DNA of 60,991 nucleotides, filler included, from Sanchytrium tribonematis (lineage: Eukaryota), in NCBI GenBank assembly GCA_018985235.1. It is 11 parts of 11 records of this genome, joined end to end, with 100 filler letters (N's around TTAATTAATTAA, not from the genome) between each part and the next. Parts side by side here need not be neighbours in the genome. Positions count along the whole stretch, not along the records: positions 50,062 to 55,484 come from JADGIG010000609.1; positions 55,585 to 60,991 come from JADGIG010000610.1; 9 more parts are not named here. One strand, written 5' to 3'. Both the position numbers and the translations under genes were made by a program. Under the pieces are notes generated by a model. It ran no database searches and was not told the DNA's origin. It was given only the letters and a program-made list of their open reading frames with translations. Shown here piece by piece: positions 52,238-60,991 of the stretch (position 1 is the first letter of the stretch; each line of letters begins with the position of its first letter).

Positions 52238-55200
52238 ATGAATTTTGGATACTTTGGTGATTCTAGTTTAACAAATTTGTATATAAATTATACTGCTATC
52301 CAAAATGGCTATGCCTTAATATATGGTTCTCAAGCTACTATCAAAGATGGCGGATATGGTTATTCGGATTATATAAAAATTTCTACCCCTAAAAATATTG
52401 CGGCTCAAATTTCTCCATCTGGTTCGGTAACATGGCTGGCGGTATGTGAAGATGGATACTACCCCGAGAATGGATTGTTTCCGGCTTCAAGTTGTAAAAA
52501 ATGTCCATTGCATTCAAGTTCTTCCTTATTAATGAATTATTGTGCTTGTTTGGACGGTTACTACAGCTTACTAAATACCAATAGTACTACTTATTATTCT
52601 GATCTACAATTAAATTACAATAATCCCGAAAATATCTGTTCTCCCTGCTTACATGGAACTTCTTGTGAAAGTGGGTACGGACGTCTAAATGCGCAAACAT
52701 TATTATATAAAGATTCAAATCTAATATGCGAAGAGGGTTGCGAAAGCGGAAAATGTGTTGAGCCTTACACTGGAGAGTTTTGTTCGGATTGCACTTCGGG
52801 TCATTATCAGTACAATAGAACTTGCTTAAGTTGTAAAAGCAGTGCATTTTATGTTGTCCTATTATTTCTGGCACTTTTGATGTTCCCTGTGGGATTTATT
52901 GTCTTGCAAAAAGGATGGAAAAAATTTCTTTCAATTAGCATATCATATTTTTTCATTCAAGAGTTGGCTTTGATAATTTTCACCGATGTATTTTGGTCTA
53001 CCACGCAATCTCATTGGAGGTATCTCGGACTAGCTCTTTTCGATGTTTCCTGGTCAAATTTGGGATGTTATTCTGGAAATGATTTAGTGAGAGGATTTGC
53101 TATTGTTATCTTGCCTATAGTTCTATTTGCTGAATTACTCTGGAAATTTTTGTTCTTCGGAATAAGTCGAGTTGCAAAATGGAAATCAGAATTACCCATT
53201 ACATCTTTTCTGCTTTTCACGCAGCCTCAAAGTGCTTTAATTTTAATGGAAGTGCTTTATTTTCCGATTCTTATTGGTCTTGCTAGAATTGGCTCATGTA
53301 AATCAGACAAAACTGCTGACTCTCCATTTTTCGTTTGGAATTGCAAAAATTTTAGTGTCGCTTTCCCGTTATTTCTCGCATTCGGTCTAATTATCCCATT
53401 AATTCATATTTTGACGCGGGTGTATTTAAAGAAACGAAAAAATTTGAGATTGCAAGAGAAAACCAATGAAAAGAGAAGCCAGCAGCAAACAGTAGCTTGG
53501 CCAAGAAGCACTACAGCTGTTAATATAGGTACTGGACTGCAATACAAAACAAGTGCCAAAAATCCATATATATTATTTTTCCAGTATTTAAAACGCTTTT
53601 TTATTGCAGCGTTTTGGTTCGGTGGCTCTAGTTGGGGCTCCTTCACGCAAATATGGACAGTAGCAATGGTTGAATCATTCGCAGCCTTAATTTTAAGTGT
53701 TGGTATGATAAAAACATATCGTGGTAAAATTGGAGGAATAGTGTTATTTTTTCAGGGCTCGGCTTTGGTTCTAACTGCTTCATTTTACCTAACTGCTGCA
53801 ATTCAACCTCCAATTTATCAGCCATTTGACCACAACAATCCAATTGACCAAAATATATACGACATGACTCCATTTTTGGTTGGGCTGATTATAGTTGCAC
53901 TTTTAATGCCAATATTTGAAATAACTTATTACTTTTTAAACAGAGCAGATCCTGAACTGTACAGAAAGCTGCCCAAGAAAAACAAAAAATCTGCTAGTGT
54001 TCAAATCTTAGGTGTACGGAGTTCACAATTAAATAAAGATGTACAAAAAGTTGTTCAAGTCAAGTATGACGAAGAAGGAAACAAAAAGAAAGTAGTATAT
54101 TTGACTAAAAAGGCACTAGATACACTCCATAGAGGTTCTATAAAAGAATCAGCATCTGAAGAGGAATTATTAGAAAAAGATGAAAATCCAGAAGCCCCAA
54201 AATTAAAAGGAAATATAATTGTTGAAATACCACAAACTGAAGTAGAAAAAAGGGACACATTAATGAGAATGGTTCAAAAAATGGAGAATGTGAGAGATGA
54301 GGCTGTACTATCACCTGAGTCTGATTCAAGTAAAGAGAGTATTCAACCTCCCAAGCATCATGAACCCACCGTGAAGAGATCAGTCCTAGATGAAGATGAG
54401 ATTAATGGTGTAAAAATGTCGATGACAAGGGTTGAGTTTGAAGATGAGACTAGAGAAAGACCTCCAGTAGGAAAAAGTTTGCCAAAATTTGAGTCATCGG
54501 ACGAAGATTCTCAAATTAAAAAAAGTTTTCCTCTGCTACAGAATTCTATGAAGCGAAATTTGTCAAAAAATATTAGCAAAAGTACCTCCAATAATAATTC
54601 GTTTCAAAACTCCAGGGAAATTACAGTATTGCAGTCGAAACCAAACAACCCCGAGGAGGACGAATTAATGAAGGAGGCATTAATGGATGCTTCTAATGCT
54701 TACAAAAATTCGCAACCAAAAGTAGTGAGGGAGAGTATCGTAAGTGAAGTCAGTTTTGCAACAGATAAAAGGACCGATATGACGAAAGCAAATTCAAAAA
54801 GTGATCTCAATCAAGAATTTTCGAGGACGAATAGTAATGCTGGTAAGACGGACGTATCTGAAAAAAAATCCTTTTTTACGAGGATGAGAGCAAATTCTTC
54901 CGAAACTAAAAAGAAGTCACCTAAAACTATTGAAGGCCCAACAAATTTTAAACACACTGGCCATCTTGATGCAAGCCATATCATGATAACAACACTCCCT
55001 GGTGAATACAAAGATATTATTGAAAAAGCAGGTGTTTCTGAAGAAGATTTGAAAGATCCAGAAACATTTAAATTTATTATTGAATTTATAGTCAAAAAGT
55101 CAGCTGGCACAGTCAAAAAACCTAAAGTTAAATCTTCAGAATCTGGTAAAAAACAGCTATATATTGAGCCAGAAATTGCTAGTCAATTTGATGACGATGA

Positions 55201-55484
55201 AGTAAAACCATCAGACACAAAGCCAAGGTTCTCAGTTACTGAGTCAACATTACCAAGAGACAATTTTTCGAACATTGTGAAATCAGAAGAGAAGGTTGAC
55301 AATGTTTCAAAGTCTGCTCAATCTATTCAATCTGTTCCATCCAACATCAATCATTCATCAGACAACGTTGTAAGTACCTCATCTATACCACCACCACCGC
55401 CACCTATGCTTCAAAGTAGCACTCCAAACTTGAATATACCCGCACCACCTCCACCGATGCAGACACAGTCGAGTTTCTCTTCTG
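52238..55484 (+). CDS. Cys-rich multi-pass membrane protein with WASP-type CRIB/GBD and polyproline, 3' end cut by contig edge
   Basis: EGF/laminin-like Cys repeats, about 9 hydrophobic segments, long disordered linker, IEGPTNFKHTGH, AGVSEEDLKDPETFKFIIEFI, PPPPPP. Confidence 0.85.
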
Positions 55485-55792
55485 NNNNNNNNNNNNNNNN
55501 NNNNNNNNNNNNNNNNNNNNNNNNNNNNTTAATTAATTAANNNNNNNNNNNNNNNNNNNNNNNNNNNNNNNNNNNNNNNNNNNNAAATTTATTTGCGCTG
55601 TCATTTCTTGATAATATAAATGATACAATCGCTTGTTCTTCTCAGCAAGTCTTGGATTATCGGTCAAAAATTAAAATTATGATTCAAAAAACGGCTGCTG
55701 TGAACTTAAATAAACTAAACTATTATGAAGCAAAAAACAGCTCATGCTCCACAATAGGCAATTGAATAGAGAAATTCTGGGGATTGAGGGGA

Positions 55793-56338
55793 ATGTTTTC
55801 CTGTTGTACTATGGAAGATCTCATTTTTATAAAGCCAGAAAACTTCGGAAAGGATGTAACTGAGCAGCTGGTAATATCAATCAAACATAAATACGTCAAC
55901 AAAATTATACCTAAGATCGGTTGTTGCATGGCTTTTTGTGATCTTTTAGAATTTGATAAGGGATTCATTTTACACAATGACGGGAGCAGTTATCATAATT
56001 CAAAATTCCGACTAATTATATTTCGACCATTGATCGGTGAGGTAATGACTGGGAGTATTGCCAGAAGTACAACCAGTGGTATATTTGTTGAACACACGAA
56101 ATTCGCAGATATATTCATTCCACCGAGGTGCATGCCTGAAAATATGGAATTCTTAGAGGACGAGCAAGTGTGGGTGTGGAATATAAATGGAGAGAAAAGC
56201 TGGCTTGATATTGGAGAAAAAATTCGATTTAAAGTAGATAAAGAAGAATTCAGTGGGGCAAATAAAAAGTCTGGATATCTTATAGTAGGATCAATAAATG
56301 GAGATGGCCTAGGGCTTGTGACCTGGTGGGAAGACTAA
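55793..56338 (+). CDS. RPC25: RNA polymerase III subunit RPC25/RPC8
   Basis: D.I.I.P..FG, KY.NKII..IG, DG, FRL.IFRP..GEV, QVWVW, C-terminal GLGLVTWW. Confidence 0.92.
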   Translation: MFSCCTMEDLIFIKPENFGKDVTEQLVISIKHKYVNKIIPKIGCCMAFCDLLEFDKGFILHNDGSSYHNSKFRLIIFRPLIGEVMTGSIARSTTSGIFVEHTKFADIFIPPRCMPENMEFLEDEQVWVWNINGEKSWLDIGEKIRFKVDKEEFSGANKKSGYLIVGSINGDGLGLVTWWED

Positions 56339-56371
56339 ATAAAGTTATAACAATTTATTTGAATAGCTTAC

Positions 56372-57748
56372 TTATTTCTTTGTGGCTTTTTGAGCAGATT
56401 TAGTTGCTTTTCCTGAGCTTTCTCCCTTGGTAACGCCCTTGATAACACCAACAGCAACAGTCTGTCTCATGTCACGGACAGCAAATCTTCCAAGAGGTGG
56501 GAAGTCACTGAAACTTTCTACACACATTGGCTTTTGTGGAATCATCTTAACAATAGCAGCATCTCCAGACTTGACAAACTTTGGGTTGTCTTCCATCTTC
56601 TTACCACTACGTCTGTCAATCTTTTCCAACAATTGGTCAAATCGACAAGCAATGTGCGCAGTGTGGCAATCCAAAACTGGGGAATATCCCGGTCCAATCT
56701 GTCCTGGGTGGTTCAATACAATAACTTGTGCGGTAAAGTCTGCAGCTTCCTTTGCCGGGTCGTTCTTACTATCACTAGCAACAAATCCTCTCTTCAATTC
56801 TTTAACACTCACATTCTTAACATTGAATCCAACATTGTCACCTGGGTTACCTTGTGGCAATTGCTCGTGATGCATTTCAACAGATTTGACTTCAGTAGTC
56901 AATCCACTTGGTGCAAATTGAACAACCATACCTGGCTTGATAACTCCGGTCTCAACACGTCCGACTGGCACAGTTCCAATACCTCCGATCTTGTAAACAT
57001 CTTGCAATGGCAATCTCAATGGCTTGTCTGTTGGTCTTTGTGGTGGGTCAATCGCATCAATGGCATCCAATAATGTCATACCACTGATTTCTTTTCCTTT
57101 GATTTCTTTCTTCCATCCCTTGTACCATGACATGTTGGTGCTTGCTTCCAACATGTTATCTCCATGCCATCCACTGATAGGAACCATGGCTACGGTCTTT
57201 GGATTGTATCCAACCTTTTTGATGAATCCGGAGACTTCGCTCACAATTTCATTAAATCTATCTTGACTGTATTGACAACTGTCCATCTTGTTAATAGCAA
57301 CAATCAATTGTTTGACTCCAAGAGTGTACGCCAACAATGCGTGCTCTCTGGTTTGTCCATCCTTGGAGATACCTGCTTCGAATTCTCCGGTTCCGCTAGC
57401 AATAATTAAGATAGCGCAATCTGCTTGAGATGTTCCCGTGATCATGTTCTTGATGAAATCTCTGTGACCTGGCGCATCAATAACGGTGACATAATATTTT
57501 GGGGTCTCGAATTTCCAAAGAGCAATATCAATGGTGATACCTCTTTCTCTCTCTGCCTTTAACTTGTCCAATACCCAAGCATATTTAAATGATCCTTTTC
57601 CCATATCTGCAGCTTCCTTTTCGTACTTTTCAATGGTTCTCTTGTCAATTCCACCACACTTGTAAATCAAGTGTCCTGTGGTTGTAGATTTTCCTGAGTC
57701 CACGTGTCCAATAACGACAACATTAATATGATCCTTTTCTTTTCCCAT
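56372..57748 (-). CDS. TEF1: Translation elongation factor 1-alpha
   Basis: Canonical sequence ([19 protein letters not shown]); opisthokont insertion [12 protein letters not shown] after WYKG. Confidence 0.99.
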   Translation of the reverse strand: MGKEKDHINVVVIGHVDSGKSTTTGHLIYKCGGIDKRTIEKYEKEAADMGKGSFKYAWVLDKLKAERERGITIDIALWKFETPKYYVTVIDAPGHRDFIKNMITGTSQADCAILIIASGTGEFEAGISKDGQTREHALLAYTLGVKQLIVAINKMDSCQYSQDRFNEIVSEVSGFIKKVGYNPKTVAMVPISGWHGDNMLEASTNMSWYKGWKKEIKGKEISGMTLLDAIDAIDPPQRPTDKPLRLPLQDVYKIGGIGTVPVGRVETGVIKPGMVVQFAPSGLTTEVKSVEMHHEQLPQGNPGDNVGFNVKNVSVKELKRGFVASDSKNDPAKEAADFTAQVIVLNHPGQIGPGYSPVLDCHTAHIACRFDQLLEKIDRRSGKKMEDNPKFVKSGDAAIVKMIPQKPMCVESFSDFPPLGRFAVRDMRQTVAVGVIKGVTKGESSGKATKSAQKATKK

Positions 57749-57884
57749 TTGTCAGAAAAAGGTGTCCCTGAATTAATATATTAGAGTGTGGCAAAATACT
57801 TTGCGGTGTGTAAAATATTATCCAATCAAGTCTATTTGAGATAGAAGTTGGAAATCGGAGGGAGCTATACAACAACATTATTAA

Positions 57885-58499
57885 ATGCTTTTTGGAATAA
57901 AGAAAGGAATGACTGCAATATTTAAAAACGAGAAAAGGTATCCTGTGACATGTATATTGATACCGCAACATCTTATAATCAAGGAAGTAAAAGATACCAA
58001 TCGTTTACTTGTTGGAATTCCTGGTAAAAACAACTATCAGCAAAACAAAATGTGTGAAAATATGAGCATACCTTGGTGTGGCGAGATGATGGAAGTAGAA
58101 TCTTCATATAAAGAATTTTTAACCTCTCCGAAATTTAAAGAAGGTCAGTTTTTAGATATAAGAGGAAAGTCTAAAGGCAAGGGTTTCCAAGGAGTCATGA
58201 AAAGATGGGGCTTTAAAGGCCAACCAGCTTCCCATGGTAATTCCAAAACTCATAGGCATATGGGAAGTACTGGTCAAAATACAACTCCATCAAAGGTCTT
58301 TAAAGGCAAAAAAATGCCTGGAAATATGGGAAATGATTTAGTTTGGCAATGCAATCTTCAGGTGGTTGAATATTCTCAGAATTATCTATTTGTCAAAGGA
58401 AGTATTCCTGGCGCTGATAATGCAATAATGCTTATAAAAGATTCATATCAACGAAATGGTCTAATCAAAAAATTTCAGAGTAATCCCGTTCTCCAATAG
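57885..58499 (+). CDS. Mitochondrial ribosomal protein uL3m
   Basis: KKGMT, SKGKGFQGVMKRWGF.GQPASHG.SK.HR..GS, GKKMPG.MG. Confidence 0.93.
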   Translation: MLFGIKKGMTAIFKNEKRYPVTCILIPQHLIIKEVKDTNRLLVGIPGKNNYQQNKMCENMSIPWCGEMMEVESSYKEFLTSPKFKEGQFLDIRGKSKGKGFQGVMKRWGFKGQPASHGNSKTHRHMGSTGQNTTPSKVFKGKKMPGNMGNDLVWQCNLQVVEYSQNYLFVKGSIPGADNAIMLIKDSYQRNGLIKKFQSNPVLQ

Positions 58500-58575
58500 C
58501 GTGATCTATATTCCTGAATGGATGTAAGTAATAAATAATTACTCCAATTTTTATTTTCCCCGTCAAAACTGCACA

Positions 58576-60816
58576 ATGCAGCATATATTTAACAAAGTAG
58601 GACCATACATCAACCCCATCAGGTACACACTCAATAGTGTGTCTTTTCACAACTCAAAAAAACAGTTTGGGACGGTAATAAACAGCCGTCAAACTAAACT
58701 ATTGAATGGCGATTTTGTCCAGAATGATAAATGCATTCAAATTCCGTATCGCTGTGATATTGATGCAGTTCAACACCATTTTGATAACCTGGACGCCTCA
58801 AGACTAGATGAAGACTTGCAGCGAAATTCTATACTCATTCAAAAGTATGCCAATCAATATATAACTCCATTTCATCTACTAAGGAGTTCTTTTGGGATAG
58901 AAAATTTTTCCAAGATGAATCAAATGGACTGGATATGTAAGCTAGCATATACAAGCGCATTCATGAGTTTTAAAAAATTAATTTTTGCAAAAACCTTTGA
59001 GGGAAAAGTTTATAATGGTGTCACATTTCCGCTATACCTAATTATTGACAAAAGCGTCGCTGAAACTAGCAAAAAAATCAACCAGATAAGTGACAGTGAC
59101 AAATTTTCAAAAATAATTAATTCAATCAAGGATGTCATTGCGAGCGGCTACGAAGTAAATCCAAACTTAAGGTCAAAAATCGTTCCTTTACCAATAATAC
59201 ACAAATCAGAACCCAGGTACGACTTAAAAGAAATGGATAAAATCTTAGGTTACTTACATGATCATTTATTTGGAATATTACAAATCAATCATTTTGTGAA
59301 TTTATTATGTAAGGAATTGTCTCCAAATTTGGATCCTAAGGATATGAGCAAATCTGATCGCATTTCCGTTGAAAATGAAATAATCATGCAAATCCTGCGA
59401 GATTATAGCTTGCGGTATCCCATTACAGAGAGAATGACTATATCACCATTATTTCGAAAGTCTGACACTCTCGACATATCTGGAAATACAAAACACCCTG
59501 TAAATAATCAGCTTGAAGCTAATTTAAATTCTTTAATGGAAAATTATCCCTCAAATATTTCCAACGATTTTGACAAATTTGATAATTACGGTTTGTTCAG
59601 TTATGACCAAGTGGACACTGAAAGAGTGGAGATTGAACAAAAAGCCTATATTATCGACCCTGAAACAGTACATGAATCAGACGATGCAATAAGTTTTCAG
59701 AAAGTTAAGGATGGTCACAATATTACAGTACACATTGCAGATCCGGCAATGCTAATTACAAAAGAACATCCACTGATGATTATGGCATCTAGAAAAGTGA
59801 GCAGTTTATATCTAGTCGATAAAGCTTATCCAATATTCCACGAAAATGTTCTGAAAAATCGGTTGAGCCTAATTTCTCCTGATAATATAGTTGGACATTC
59901 GTGGAGTTCTCCTCAAAGGCACATTAATGCGCTGTCATTTCAATTTCATATATCAGAGTCAGGGGTTGCTAGTAATCTGAAAATATTTCCGTCTATCCTG
60001 AAAAATGTAGTGAAATTAAGTTATAGTCAGCTAGACAAAATTTTTGATGTCAAGTATAATATAAATAGAGTTAAAAAAATCTGGACTGCATCTAAACCAC
60101 AATCTTATGTGCCATCTAAATTGGCTACATTTTCGGAAGATGAGTTTAATATCAATGACATATTTCAGCTCGAGGAAATATCAAAAGTATTAGTTAGAAG
60201 ACTAAATTTGAGGTTGAATGACTCTATTGAGGTCAGTACTGATAAAATTTTATTGTCTAGTGGCTCGCATGCAATGTTAATGGTTCAAGCATTTATGGTG
60301 CAATGTAATTTACTTGCTGCTGAGTTTGCCGAAAAAAATCGATTGCCAATATTGTTCTCGAAGACAGACAAAAATCATTCTATGGGTGCAACTGAATTAA
60401 GCTTACAGCCAGGAATTCATAATGCATTTCAAAATGTCTATACAAGCGTAAGTTCTCCTCTTCGCAAGTTTTCCGATGTCATATTTCACTTTCAGTATTA
60501 TGCTAAGAAGCATAATATTTATGCCTTTGAATTCGAAGAGGAGTGGTTAGAAAAATATGCAGTTTATGCAAATTCCCAATTGAGAAGGATCAAATCCGCC
60601 ACGAGAAAAAACTCAGATTTTTGGAAAAGGTTGATACTTTCTCAAAACCATCCACAAAGATTTAAATTTAGCAAATTATCAAATGAAGGGATCAATTATT
60701 ACAGAATACCAGAACTGGAACTTAGCGTTAAACTGAAAGATGACGTTAAAGATCTGGAATTTGAAGCACTGTATCTGCCGCAACCATTTGATAATTACGA
60801 CCAAATACAGCCATAA
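58576..60816 (+). CDS. RNase II/RNB exoribonuclease (mitochondrial Dss1-like)
   Basis: IIDPETVHESDDAIS, VHIADP, SSLYL, FMV..N, YTSVSSPLRKFSD. Confidence 0.8.
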   Translation: MQHIFNKVGPYINPIRYTLNSVSFHNSKKQFGTVINSRQTKLLNGDFVQNDKCIQIPYRCDIDAVQHHFDNLDASRLDEDLQRNSILIQKYANQYITPFHLLRSSFGIENFSKMNQMDWICKLAYTSAFMSFKKLIFAKTFEGKVYNGVTFPLYLIIDKSVAETSKKINQISDSDKFSKIINSIKDVIASGYEVNPNLRSKIVPLPIIHKSEPRYDLKEMDKILGYLHDHLFGILQINHFVNLLCKELSPNLDPKDMSKSDRISVENEIIMQILRDYSLRYPITERMTISPLFRKSDTLDISGNTKHPVNNQLEANLNSLMENYPSNISNDFDKFDNYGLFSYDQVDTERVEIEQKAYIIDPETVHESDDAISFQKVKDGHNITVHIADPAMLITKEHPLMIMASRKVSSLYLVDKAYPIFHENVLKNRLSLISPDNIVGHSWSSPQRHINALSFQFHISESGVASNLKIFPSILKNVVKLSYSQLDKIFDVKYNINRVKKIWTASKPQSYVPSKLATFSEDEFNINDIFQLEEISKVLVRRLNLRLNDSIEVSTDKILLSSGSHAMLMVQAFMVQCNLLAAEFAEKNRLPILFSKTDKNHSMGATELSLQPGIHNAFQNVYTSVSSPLRKFSDVIFHFQYYAKKHNIYAFEFEEEWLEKYAVYANSQLRRIKSATRKNSDFWKRLILSQNHPQRFKFSKLSNEGINYYRIPELELSVKLKDDVKDLEFEALYLPQPFDNYDQIQP

Positions 60817-60911
60817 AAGAAAAAAATAATTGTTTTTCAAGAATAAATCTGATTGGTCATAACACGTGTTTTAATGTTCAAGCTTTAGAATTCTAAAAAT
60901 GATTCTACAAA

Positions 60912-60991
60912 ATGGGAAAAGAAAAGGATCATATTAATGTTGTCGTTATTGGACACGTGGACTCAGGAAAATCTACAACCACAGGACACTT
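60912..60991 (+). CDS. TEF1: Second EF-1alpha copy, 5' 80 nt, cut by window end
   Basis: 60910-60991 is the exact reverse complement of 57669-57750; upstream sequence differs. Confidence 0.7.
   Translation, partial: MGKEKDHINVVVIGHVDSGKSTTTGH

Noticed and set aside
56427..57409. Long antisense ORFs over EF-1alpha, and similar shadows over other genes
   Set aside because: Explained by codon bias of the conserved sense gene; no independent motifs.
1..60991. Alternative genetic code (stop-codon reassignment) as the cause of split ORFs
   Set aside because: Conserved genes end properly at TAA, TAG and TGA, and the splits are frame changes fixed by 19-nt introns.

Overview
This window is not one locus. 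It is 11 unlinked contigs sorted by size (5512 down to 5407 nt), joined by artificial 100-nt spacers (44 N + TTAATTAATTAA + 44 N). The source is an AT-rich, very gene-dense eukaryote using the standard genetic code. Its EF-1alpha carries the opisthokont-specific insertion, and the gene content looks like an early-diverging fungus or other holomycotan, possibly a parasite amplified from single cells (inference). Housekeeping contigs carry PLD, mitochondrial L4 and L3, a DDX24-like helicase, a GPN GTPase, ProRS, TPP2, DNMT2, dCMP deaminase, YVH1, RPS28, PCID2, SOAT, CenH3, RPC25, EF-1alpha and an RNB nuclease. Accessory contigs carry LRR surface proteins, GT32 enzymes, Con7-like zinc-finger microproteins, secreted pseudokinases and decayed transposons. 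The main observations are: (1) five frame-restoring spliceosomal introns, all exactly 19 nt, with consensus GTA-N7-TTNAYN-TAG and an invariant A at -6; (2) an intact RT-RNase H ORF with no endonuclease that carries a module shared with neighbouring putatively secreted, NLS-bearing genes; (3) a Cys-rich multi-pass membrane protein fused to a WASP-type CRIB/GBD and polyproline tail; (4) a frameshifted Crypton-type tyrosine-recombinase relic that the ORF track does not show. All family calls come from motif recognition by eye; no searches were run.
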